Positions 14,201 to 24,807 of a stretch of 64,000 bases of DNA are shown here, piece by piece. A model generated the notes under the pieces. The model had not been told where the DNA came from and made no database searches. It worked only from the letters and a program-made list of their open reading frames with translations. The stretch covers positions 22,944,848 through 23,008,847 of the forward strand of contig CM120643.1 of NCBI GenBank assembly GCA_051362555.1, written 5' to 3'. This stretch comes from Lingula anatina (lineage: Eukaryota; Animalia; Brachiopoda). The number at the start of each line of letters is the position of its first letter. Positions within the stretch are counted from its first letter, which is position 1. The translations under genes and the position numbers were made by a program.

Positions 14201-17200
14201 TTCTATTTTCCAAGGTTAAGTTTATACTGGGATGGACAGATGACCTGGAAGAAGAAATGGACATTGATATGACCAAGAGAACTTTGTGCCATCCTCTCTG
14301 CCAGTGTGACAAGTGTATGCCAGTTCAGATGGTAAGGTTCAAGCTGACAAGCTCACTTATTTTGAATTTAATTCCTTAAAAATCATATTTTATAATGTTT
14401 TCTGAATATGTGCTATTTCTTTTGCCAATAGCATTGCTGCACTGAAAAATAAAGATCCTGAAAAAAATTCTGATATGATTCTTTTAACTGCATGTTGACA
14501 TGCATAACAGAACAAAATGACAGTTTGCTGGCATTTACTGTCTGAAACTCTCTAATTATCTAATTACCCATGCACAAGACATATTGAAGACATATTGAAA
14601 CAAGAGTCCACCATTGAATAGAAATTATATCCTCTGAGATGTTATCAGAGTCTAAAGAGACTTCAACAAGGTTCTGTATTCAAACAAATTTTGCTGGCAT
14701 TATTTTGGTTTGCTAGACATAGAGCACATTGCACTCTTTCTGAAACAGTACAAAAATCTAAACATTTATTTCATTAATTTAGATTTCTATGTTTAATATA
14801 TTTCAATATATTTTAGCAGAAATTTCCAATTTAACAATCAAAATCATTTTATGTCTTTTCTTTCTCATCTCTCAGCTCACAACACCAAGGACAGACGTGA
14901 CTGTGAACATGAGTAATGTGGATGGTTATGCGCCATTGCATGTTGCCGCTCGTTACGGGTTCAAGGATCTGATCATGCTGTTCATAAAACGAGGCGCCAA
15001 TGTGAATGCACGGAGCAAGGTGTCTCAGTGGACGCCATTGCACCTAGCTTGCCAGTATGACCAGGCCGAGGTTGGTGAACTTGTCAAAAATTCAATCATT
15101 CTGATGGTCATAAATGTGGATAAACCTTATTCATTTATTTTGTACTTTATAAGTCATTAGTGTCAGTTTAGTGTGTGAAATTCAGTGGCAAGTAATACCA
15201 TCACAGTTTAAAGATATTGAATTGAAATTGAAATTCAGCTTGTGGTTTATTTTTCTCCTGCAGGCTGTAGAACTCCTCCTGGATCATGGGGCTAAAATTA
15301 ATGCCAAGAATGTCAATGGAGTGACCCCGCTCCATATGTGCTGTTTCCAGGGTAACCCCAGGGCCGCCTCAGTGCTGCTACAGGTAAATAGTTTAGGGAC
15401 AAATTAAACTATATTTTCTGTCTGGGGAAAACATTTTATAATGTTTTTTGTTTTGCTAAGGAAAATGTTAAATAGAGTCAAGCTATATTTGTAGTGTTAT
15501 GGCTTGGTGTATCAAATGACTTAAATGTTATAGTTGTTATCTCAAAGCGCCTCTGTTGACCTTACTTTTATTGTAGTGTTAAAGCATGATGCCTCTGTTG
15601 ACCTTGCTGTTATTGTAAGGTTAAAGCGTGGTGCATCAGTTGACCTTGCTGTTATTGTAATTTAAAAGCTTGGTGCCTCTGTTGACCTTGCTGTTATCAT
15701 AGTTTTACAGCAATTTTCTTTAGTTGACTTTGGTGTTGTAATTTTATAGCTTGGTTCCTCATTTGACCTTGATGTTATTGTAGTTTTACAGCATGTTTCT
15801 TCTTGTTGACCTCCGTGTTATAATTTTATAGCATGGTGCCTCAGTTGATTTCACTGTTATTGTTGTGTTATATCATGGTGCCTCAGTTGATTTCACTGTT
15901 ATTGTTGTGTTATATCATGGTGCCTCAGTTAATTTCACTGTTATTGTTGTGTTATAGCATGGCACCTCAGTTGATTTCACTGTTATTGTTGTGTTATAGC
16001 ATGGTGCCTCAGTTAATTTCACTGTTATTGTTGTGTTATAGCATGGTGCCTCAGTTGACCTTACAGACCACCAGGGGAACACACCACTACACACGGCTGC
16101 CAAGAGGAATGACCTGAACCTGGTCCAACTGCTTCTGATCCATGGCTCCTCTGTCAGGGCCAAGAACAACAAGAAGATCTCTCCCATACAGTTAGCCAAG
16201 GTAAAGTAATAGGCAGGAACACAGGCTGATGCCCATTTGCTATACTGTTAGATTTACTGATTGATCCAGATTGGATATGTTAAAGTCAAAGGGTTTCACA
16301 TACATCATTACCATTTGGTCATGAATTATTTTTGAAACATTTGGCCCAAAATGTAAATATTCATCACACAGCTGTATCCTGTTACAAGTGGCCATATATC
16401 ATTAGTGCCAAGTATTTCATTATTTGAAAAGTTTCAAAAATGCTTAATGTAGAAAAGTGGCTTCAGTAGCCAAGACGAGCATTACTGGTACATTGATTTG
16501 GGAACAGTTTAGTACAGCTGAATCAAACTTTTGAATGTAGTTGGCTGAATGTGTTTTGTGTGAGATTTCCATTGTCTTGGCCTGTCTTCCAGCATGACAA
16601 GGTGATTATGTTGCTGGATGAAGCTTACAGCAAGGTGCCAGACCTCCCTCAAGAGGACGTCCAACCTAGTCCTGAGAAAGAAAAGAGGAGGCCTCATGGT
16701 CAGAGTACAGTGAGAGGTGAATGTCTAGCATATCTCATTGATTTTATTACACTTTTATTTTTTTCCAAACCATTATAACTAATTTACAGTATTATAACAT
16801 ACATATTAAAAAAAATGTTTTCTACGACTACCAAAGCTAATTATCTGTATTGTATTAGAGAGAGTTAAAGTACGAAATGTTGTGGTAAGCTTCTAAACAA
16901 TATGCTCATTATGGCCTCCACCCCACAATTAAAAAAAAAAAAAAACATCAAATCACAAAGAAAAATCCATCATTGACAATGTTGACAAAAGGTGTTGCAT
17001 TAAATCTTATGTTACCTGAAAAATGTAATGAACTTTCTGTTTATTGTACCACCAGCGTAGGCGCTGGCGGTACCCATGGTTTTAGTCCCGACCCGTATGT
17101 TCCGCCGGCTCCTGCGGCTCCTGCGGCTCCTGCGGCTCCGCCGCCAAGTCATCGTTACCGCTTCTCCTCCTAGACGGTAAGGGCCCCTGTACCCATCTCT

Positions 17201-20200
17201 TGGATTTAGGTCACCTATAATCTCAACTCGTTCCACGTAAAATTTGGGCTTTGTCGGTATTGGGGTCTAGGTGTGGCACTCATTGCAATGCACCCTTGTC
17301 TAAAAATGGCAAAATTAAATGCTAATTATCTACCCTACGGAAGGAGTTATGGGAAAAATTTCTACAGACAGCTTTCCAAAAGTCATATGTGTAGATTTCA
17401 AATATGCCCTTGGATTTGACCTTTGACCTTTATTTCAAGGTCAAACGGGCCAAAATTTTCAAAAAAATGAAATTTTTTACGAAAAAAAAATTTTTTGCCT
17501 TGTTATTCAGACACCACACAGACTTAACCAATAATATTATTGGAAAGTGTTACCCTTCGGGTCATCTTTCATCTCCGTGAATTTGGGGTCAATCGGTGCA
17601 TTTTCACGGGAGTAGCGGCCATAAAGTACCGAAACTGAAAACTGTCTCTAATTCGGGAACCGTTAATGCTAGAGACCCATTCTTTTTTGCATTTTGTAGA
17701 GCATGTAAAGCCCAACACTGGAGGTGGTCTCCATTTTTTTGTATTCCATACGGTTTTCAAGTTATGCTGTATCAAAAAGTACATAATGGTGGTGAAAGCA
17801 AAATGTGCAGTACGGTAATGGATAATAAATTTTGAACTCTGGAAAAATAAAACATAAGGCTTGGCAAAGCAGACAACTTGTGGTCAAAAATGACATTATT
17901 TCATCAAATTTGAACTTCTGGAACTTCAGAGCACTTCCTATTTTAAGAATTTTGACCAAAATGATGTTTTCTTTATTTTAATTAATCTTTTCTGTAGGAA
18001 ATTTATGGCACATTATGGTAACTCCAAAATTATAACATTTAGTCCCTTATATCTCCAAAACTGGCAGAGACAGGTCCATAGTTACTATTGAAGTTGAATA
18101 GGAAGTCATACAGTGGCAATCTTACTGTGACCTTGAAATTGACGTTTGACCTACTTTTCACCATGAACTGAACTTTGCAAATTTTGCTTCCCTTTTATCT
18201 CCAAAACTGGCAGAGATAGGTCCATAGTTACTATTGAAGTTGAATAGGAAGTCATATGGTGGCAATCTTACTGTGACCTTGAAATTGACGTTTGACCTAC
18301 TTTTCACCATGAACTGAACTTTGCAAATTTTGCTTCCCTTTTATCTCCAAAACTGGCAGAGATAGGTCCATAGTTACTATTGAAGTTGAATGGGAAGTCA
18401 TATACTGGCAATCCAAATGTGACCTTGAAATTGACCTTTGACCTACTTTTCACCATGAACTGAACTTTGCAAATTTTGCTTCCCTTTTATCTCCAAAACT
18501 GGCAGAGATAGGTCCATAGTTACTATTGAAGTTGAATGGGAAGTCATATACTGGCAATCTTAATGTGACCTTAAAATTGACCTTTGACCTACTTTTCACC
18601 ATGAACTGAACTTTGCAAATTTTGCTTCCCTTATATCTCCAAAACTGGCAGAGATAGGTCCATAGTTTCTATTGAACTTGAATGGGAAGTCATATACTGG
18701 CACTCTAAATGTGACCTTAAAATTGATCTTTGACCTACTTTTCACCATGAACTGAACTTTTCAAATTTTGCTTCCCTTTTATCTCAAAAACTGGCAGAGA
18801 TAGGTCCATGGGTACTGTTGAACTTGAATAGGAAGTCATATACTGGCAATCTAAATGTGACCTTAAAATTGACCTTTGACCTACTCTTCACCATGAACTG
18901 AACTTTGCAAATTTTGCTTCCCTTATATCTCCAAAACTGGCAGAGATACGTCCATAGTTACTATTGAAGTTGAATGGGAAGTCATATACTGGCAATCTAA
19001 ATGTGACCTTAAAATTGACCTTTGACCTACTTTTCACCATGAACTGAACTTTGCAAATTTTGCTTCCCTTGTATCTCCAAAACTGGCAGAGTGGGTCCAT
19101 AGTTACTATTGAACTTGAATAGGAAGTCATATACTGGCAATCTAAATGTGACCTTAAAATTGACCTTTGACCTACTTTTCACCATGAACTGAACTTTGCA
19201 AATTTTGCTTCCCTTTTATCTCCAAAACTGGCAGAGATAGGTCCATAGTTACTATTGAACTTGAATAGGAAGTCATATATTGGCAATCTAAATGTGACCT
19301 TAAAATTGACCTTTGACCTACTTTTCACTATGAACTGAATTTTGCAAATTTTGCTTCCCTTTTATCTCTAAAGTTACGCTGTATCAAAAAAATACATATT
19401 GGTGGTGAAAGCAAAATGTGCAGTACGGTAATGGATAATAAATTTTGAACTCCGGAAAAATAATACATAAGGCTTGGCAAAGCAGACAACTTGTGGTCAA
19501 AAATGACATTATTTCATCAAATTTGAACACCTGGAACTTCAGAGCACCTCCCATTTCAAGAATTTTGACCAAAATGACCTTTTCTTTATTTTAATTAATT
19601 TTTTCTGTAGGAAATGTATGGCACTTTATGGTAACTCCAAAATTATAACATTTAGTCCCTTTTATCTGCAAAACTGGCAGAGATAGGTCCATAGATACTA
19701 TTGAACTTGAATAGAAAGTCATATACTGGCAATCTTACTGTGACCTTGAAATTGACATTTGACCTATTTTTCACCATGAACTGAACTTTGCAAATTTTGC
19801 TTCCCTTTTATCTCCAAAACTGGCAGAGATAGGTCCATAGTTACTATTGAACTTGAATAGGAAGTCAAATACTGGCAATCTTACTGTGACCTTGAAATTG
19901 ACCTTTGACCTACTTTTCACCATGAACTGAATTTTGTAAATTTTGCTTCCCTTTTATCTCTAAAACTGGCAAAGATAGGTCTATAGTTACTATTGAACTT
20001 GAATAGGAAGTCATATACTGGCAATCTAAGTGTGACCTTGAAATTGACCTTTGACCCACTTTTTATCATGAATTGAACTTTGCAAATTTTGGTTCCCTTT
20101 TATCTCCAAAACTAGCGAGATAGGTCCATAGTTACTATTGAAATTGAATAGGAAGTCATATACTGGCAATCTAAGTGTGACCTTGAAATTGACCTTTGAT

Positions 20201-21670
20201 CTACTTATTATCATGAACTGAACTCTGCTAATTTCTTTCTCTTTTAACTCCAAACCTGGCAGAGATAGGTCCATAGTTACTATTGAACTTGAATAGGAAG
20301 TCATATACTGGCAATTTACTGTGACCTTGAAAATGACCTTTCACCTACCTTACGATGAACTTAAATTTGATTGTACCATTTTTAGTTTCATATATTTTTT
20401 GCAAATATTGAAAATTCTTGTTGATTGCATGTTTACAGCTTGTCAAGCACAAGACTGGTGGCTGTGTCCCTTATTTTGTGTATGTGGGGGTCTATACGAA
20501 TGCGCTTGCTCCAGCTGGTGGTACAATATTCGGAGGCGGTATCGCCTCTCTGATCCTCTAGTTTGTATTTTTATTTTCTCTTTTGTTCCAGCTGCTGTAA
20601 ATAAAAAATCAAGCATGCATGATCTTTTTTCTGCATTCGAAGAACAGGACTTAAAACGCCTTCAAAATCTCGTGGGATCCATTCGTACCTTCAATCCTAG
20701 GGCCAGTCTCAGACACACCGTCACATTGGACAAAAGCCTTCCACGATTCGACAAACACCTTACCCAGCAACTGGAAATTCAGCACTTTGATATCAGCAGG
20801 TTAAAACACGTGGAGACTCGAGATAAAAGCAAGCCAGTGATACAGGCTGAATTTGAAGATAAGTTAACTGGAGATGTTGAGCTTGGTGCTGGTGTGAGTG
20901 ATGAATGCAAAGACCGGGTGAGGAAAGATTATGAATTAGACGACATGACAAAAAGTCAGGGTGTAGACAATTTGAGTGTCAGCTTGGCTCAGTCCAGTTT
21001 GACTTCTGATGACATTTCTGTTAGCAGTCCACTTGTTGAGGGTACAAGGATGAGGGAGCAAAATGCTCAACTTAGAGAGTCTTTTTCTTCATGGGATGAT
21101 GTTGAGGAAGAGGCTAATTCTTATCCTGGACTACGGACTAATGGGAATGATGGTTCATTAAATTGCTCACATGGAGGACAAGTGGAACAAAGCCAGCAAA
21201 TAAGTCAAGAGGATGGGGGACAGGATGGACTATCTGCATCCAGTTTAGAGACCCATGGCAACAAGCCAGATCACCATGACAACAAGTCAGATCACTATGA
21301 CAACAATCCGAAGTGCCATGACAACTGTTTGGACCTCCTTGAATCAGAGTGCCATGAAAATTATTTAGTCTACCAAACAACTATTTCTGATCATGAAAAT
21401 GATTCTGTTCACCTTGACAACAAGACTGATCACCTTGACAACAAGGTTAATTCCTCCAGCAACGTACTGGAGAGCATTGATTACCAGACAAGTGAATGTA
21501 ATAAGAGACAGGATGCAGTAAACTGTGAACAAGTAAATCCAGCCAGCCTTGATCATATGAAACGAGAAAACCCTGACATCAAAGAAAATGTGCAATCAGA
21601 TGATTTAATAAAACAAGACAGTGGCCTTTGTTCTAGTCCTGCTGAACTTCAAACTCCCTCCATTTACTGA
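1071..21670 (+). CDS. ANKRD27: Ankyrin repeat domain-containing protein 27 (VARP): VPS9 GEF domain, two CHPLCxCxxC zinc knuckles, two ankyrin blocks, long acidic C-tail; 26 coding exons, ~1327 aa
   Basis: Hand-spliced GT-AG exons: 1071-1172, 1298-1420, 1819-1878, 2355-2445, 4476-4553, 4871-4965, 5254-5313, 5657-5713, 6101-6243, 6607-6746, 7109-7190, 7554-7619, 7869-7956, 10281-10370, 10853-11042, 11287-11426, 11882-11974, 12347-12452, 12942-13138, 13527-13715, 14215-14331, 14876-15070, 15264-15383, 16042-16200, 16593-16716, 20592-21670. Sum 3984 nt, open frame. Peptides are collinear with vertebrate ANKRD27 as recalled: MQSYDEDLFENKFF, ILFEETYFNDHDESF, DAANALFTR, TTDDLLPILVFLVVKSEIPNW (VPS9), MCHPLCSCDRC, SRDDRGFTALH, VNATDYHGSTPLH, LCHPLCQCDKC. 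Confidence 0.95.
3259..3381. repeat. Palindromic hairpin (~50-bp imperfect arms), probable tiny MITE
   Basis: CACCCTGAGCTTCAGAGATAACTTGAAACTTAC..TACACT.TACCATAC is reverse-complemented by GTATGGTATAGTGTA..GTAAGTTTCAAGTTATCTCTGAAGCACAGGGTG. Confidence 0.75.
6101..7956 (+). other. ANKRD27: ANKRD27 exons encoding the VPS9 (Rab GEF) domain
   Basis: Translated exons give EDAKLNKINRNL, IPKAKKELQTLNRYSTPLGKLNCIKKVV, TTDDLLPILVFLVVKSEIPNW and DEYGFYAASTEAAIEHV, which are typical VPS9 core motifs. Confidence 0.88.
8021..10022 (+). mobile_element. Non-autonomous Helentron-associated (HINE/DINE-1-like) element, family A, intronic copy
   Basis: 5' T-run plus hairpin TGTACAGACACA-GA-TGTGTCTGTACA, then a GCC/GTC microsatellite and internal repeats (GCAGGTCAAGTTCGAAAATCAGCAT). 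The 3' subTIR TGTCTGTACAT is followed by stem-loop GACAGC-TTT-GCTGCC and TTGTTT. The same family recurs at 40366-44339. Confidence 0.8.
10518..10685. mobile_element. Short MITE with CAGGGG(T/C)GGAT TIRs and 5-bp TSD (hAT-like)
   Basis: Left end CAGGGGTGGATTT, right end GGATCCGCCCCTG, ATCTG on both flanks, internal repeated GAAGACGGTCA motifs. Confidence 0.75.
15488..16062 (+). repeat. 42-bp minisatellite (~13-14 units) derived from an ANKRD27 3' splice site plus exon start
   Basis: Unit AG|CATGGTGCCTCAGTTGATTTCACTGTTATTGTTGTGTTAT. Near-perfect 42-nt period from 15831 to 16041, more degenerate upstream. The last unit runs into the real exon (HGASVDLTDHQGNTPLH). Confidence 0.9.
17041..20563 (+). 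mobile_element. Non-autonomous Helitron/Helentron-type element, family B, carrying 146-bp satellite arrays
   Basis: 5' subTIR ATTGTACCACCAGC overlaps hairpin GTACCACCAGCG-TAGG-CGCTGGCGGTAC, followed by a (CCTGCGGCT)n microsatellite. 3' end has subTIR GCTGGTGGTACAAT, hairpin GAGGCG-GTAT-CGCCTC and terminal CTAG, inserted in a T-run. Confidence 0.82.
18046..20345 (+). repeat. 146-bp tandem repeats in two blocks (~9 and ~5 units) separated by a duplicated ~290-bp spacer
   Basis: CTACTTTTCACCATGAACTGAAC recurs at 18151, 18297, 18443 and onward (period 146). Segment ~17760-18045 is repeated at ~19372-19660. Confidence 0.92.
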
Positions 21671-21966
21671 TACTTAAATTATGATGGTGAAGATTTAATC
21701 ACATTAATCACAAACATTTCTCCAGGTTGTGAATTGTGAATTTTTTTTTTTTTTTTTTTGTATCATGGAAAAAATCACATTGTAATTTTTTTGAATTTCA
21801 GTCTGTTTTTTTTTTTTTTTTTTTTTTTTTGTTAACCAAAAATTACTTAGAATAGCATTGATTTGTCTTGTTGCACCCTGATAAAGATTGAACATGTGTG
21901 CAATATTAGAATCAATAATTCGACTTGTTTGATAGCTCTGTTTACTTAATGTGTCTCAACTCCAGT

Positions 21967-22161
21967 TTATACTTCCGTCAGCGAAGGATGTTATATTTTT
22001 ATCAACATTGCATTGTTAGTGGACAAGGTAGCTCAAAAATTTATTTACTTTTTTGATGGAATTTTCAGGATGGAGATAAGTGATAACAGTTTCACCCAAA
22101 TCTTGGTCTATAAATGTTTTTAAAAGATTTTATATTGCTTTTTCTCATGGCAGAAGTCTGC
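21967..22161 (+). mobile_element. Degenerate short HINE-like element in the probable ANKRD27 3' UTR
   Basis: TTTATACTTCCGTCAGCGAAGGATGTTATATTTTT ... TGGCAGAAGTCTGCACTCTTAGAGTGCTGTCTAA shows decayed subTIRs plus the 3' hairpin GCACTC-TTA-GAGTGC. Confidence 0.5.
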
Positions 22162-22410
22162 ACTCTTAGAGTGCTGTCTAACTAAAGTTAATAATATATC
22201 ATTTTTCTATATGTTAATGTGTGAGTTGCACAATATCATTATGAGGGATAACATATTAATCCGTTTTAATTGCTTAAAGAGCAATATTCTGTTTGGTATT
22301 ATTTTTTAATGTGACAACGGGTGAAAAGTGATTCTGAGATTTTTGTTTGAATATATGCATCAAAATCCTTTCCAAACTAACCTTGAGAAATTATCAGCTG
22401 TTACAGGTTC

Positions 22411-22416
22411 AATAAA
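22411..22416 (+). promoter_or_regulatory. Candidate polyadenylation signal of ANKRD27
   Basis: AATAAA ~740 nt after the stop codon, followed by GT/T-rich sequence. CpG density rises abruptly just downstream (~22500). Confidence 0.5.
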
Positions 22417-22878
22417 AAGGTTCAAATAGGACTAAACATTCCAGTTACAATATTCTATTGGGATGTTTATGTAATTTGTTTCCTTATGATATATAACACG
22501 AACGCTTGGAACTCGTTAGTTTCTCACGGAATATTGGGGTTTCCTCACCCCAAAAACCAGTCCTGTTTTGCACAGTGAAGAATGTTTTGTCTCGCCAGAT
22601 AATTAGCAGTGTTTTGTTTGAATAGATAACAATAAACTGGCGAAAGGTGTGCCTTCTAACTTTTAACACACGTTGCCTTCAAAACCAAAATGCGCAGCAT
22701 TGTGATAAAAATAAGCGAAAAAATGTTTAAATAAATACCATGAATGCTGAATAACTTTTTGAATTCGTGTTTGGGCATGTGTGGATCCAAAAATGGGACG
22801 GTCGCGGCTAAAATAACAGTGGAAGAAAAAGTTCATCTTCATTCCCTCCTTCAACCCAAACTATTAAAGCGTCCTTAA

Positions 22879-23210
22879 AACCCCCTTTACACTGGACGGC
22901 GTTCTTTCTGCCTCCTCTGTGTGATCATGAAACTGGCATTGCTGTGGTCGTAGAAAGGAGGCACAAGCATCGCTTTGGGTGCAGAATCAGAATGAGAATG
23001 AATGCTCAATGATCGGCCAGTTGTCGGCACGTAAGTATTTATTTATTTTACTCTCAAACGGGGCCGTACCACGGGACGCAGAAAGGACGCCGTCCAGCGT
23101 AAAGGGGGTTTTACACTGGACGGGGTCCTTTCTGCGTCCCGTAGTACGGCCCCGTTACTTGACGTGTCGGCAACTGGTCGATCATTGAGCATTCATTCTG
23201 CAACCAAAGC
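22879..23210. mobile_element. PIF/Harbinger-like (Tourist-type) MITE plus adjoining inverted partial copy
   Basis: TIRs AACCCCCTTTACACTGGACGGCG ... CGCCGTCCAGCGTAAAGGGGGTT (22879-23110) with TAA/TTA flanks. 23110-23210 is a reverse-complement copy of its right half. Confidence 0.72.
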
Positions 23211-24758
23211 AAAGACAGCGACTTTGGCTAAGAATTTGGTTTCATCTTGGCAGTTAAACGAAATCTGTTCTTGCCTTAAAGTGATCAAAACGGTATTCAC
23301 TAGCATTTATGTATTTATGTTTACAATCCATTCAGATTATTGAGGTGAAAATGCGATAGAGAGTTGGTCATAAAGAACTGGACAGTCTTCGACAACACGA
23401 AAATAGTGTATTTCCTTGTAATTTTTCGCGCCGAATTTGTTCCTTCCGAACTAGTTAGGTAAAAGTTGACGGAAAATGACACCAGAAAATGACATGTACA
23501 TCTACGGTATATTACGTAAAATCAATTGATTGAGTCAACAGTACTGCAAATTTTCTTTGTTGCCGTGGGAAAACTGAAACAAAGGCAGCAGTGTGATTCC
23601 ATTATGTCTCTAACATAGTATTTACTAAAATATTGCATCATTTGATGTTTACACAATTATCTTACAATGTCGGATCAGGGGAAAGGGAGGGAGGGGGGTC
23701 AGGCATGCGCCCTCTAGTTTCGGAAGTATCTCCACTCTTTGTTAATAAGAAAAAATATCCCAGTCGAAAATACACAAGAATTTGCATTTGTACAAAAAAT
23801 GCTATTGTATATTTGCCTAGCTTCGCTCGATCGGCAAAATTTTCTTCTTGAAGCAAAATTCTGGGTCGCCAGTGACTTTTGCTGCTAAACCGAGACAGTA
23901 TATAATCGCTCTTGGGTATGAAGTATAATGTTGTCCACATCAATGTATCAACGTCCCTATTATTGTGCTCATGTATACGAAGAATCAATAAAATCGGTAC
24001 CGGCGTTCGCCATCAAATCGAAGTCCGGCAATCGGACGTCAGTCTATATAACTTGAATTGACTTTTATCAACAATTATGTAATTGCTGAGACGCCGGGGC
24101 AGTCGTCTAGACTGGAAACTGAAAATCTCTCTGATAGATTATTGATCTGCAGAGTTTATAAACGATTTTTGGCGAAATTGGACATTTTAGTTAATTTTTT
24201 CTAATGGGTAAGATATGTATTTACATTTTTACAGTTGAAAAAAGCAAGAGTTGTAATAAGAGTAATAAGAATGATAAAAATATGGATTGTTCAGATTTTT
24301 AAAGAAATAGAAACAGCAAGCTCATTTCATTCTTCGGATGACAATCATCTACGCGCCCGTGCTGTTGAAACTCTGTGGCTCGTGAAGGTAAGCACACACC
24401 TTCTACGTCACAGCTGTCGATATCGGTATTTTCCCCGAGAAAATGTAACACTTCACAGTACAATCGCTCACGCAAGATGGCTTAAACAGCTGCTTTAGTT
24501 TCACGAGTACAGATACAGCTTTTGGCATATCAATGACAGATATAATGATTATCATTCCCCAAAGATGTCCGTTTATTCGTTCTACATCAATTAAATGTTC
24601 ACGAGGACTAACATATAAAGAATAGATATTGATTCTATTAAAGATATCCATTATGACACAAATGCTAGAGATCGGGATTGACAGATAGAATTGCAAATGT
24701 ATCTATTCACTTATATGTACCAAAAGGTCGTTTAGTGTGTGTGTTGTTGGCACGTGTA

Positions 24759-24763
<5 letters not shown>

Positions 24764-24802
<39 letters not shown>
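24764..24802. repeat. (GA)n microsatellite
   Basis: Direct reading of the sequence. Confidence 0.9.

Positions 24803-24807
<5 letters not shown>

Noticed and set aside
15833-16117. ORF with repeated MVPQLISLLLLCY
   Set aside because: This is an off-frame translation of the 42-bp minisatellite, not a separate gene.
16973-17236. Pro/Ala-rich and Arg/Ser-rich short ORFs
   Set aside because: They arise from the (CCTGCGGCT)n microsatellite of the transposon.
18046-20345. Regular repeats superficially like a CRISPR array
   Set aside because: Units are head-to-tail with no unique spacers, there are no cas genes, and the context is a eukaryotic intron.
20321-20591. First ~90 codons of the 449-aa ORF
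   Set aside because: They derive from the transposon end and the polypyrimidine tract. The real exon begins after the CAG at 20591, in phase with the upstream exon.
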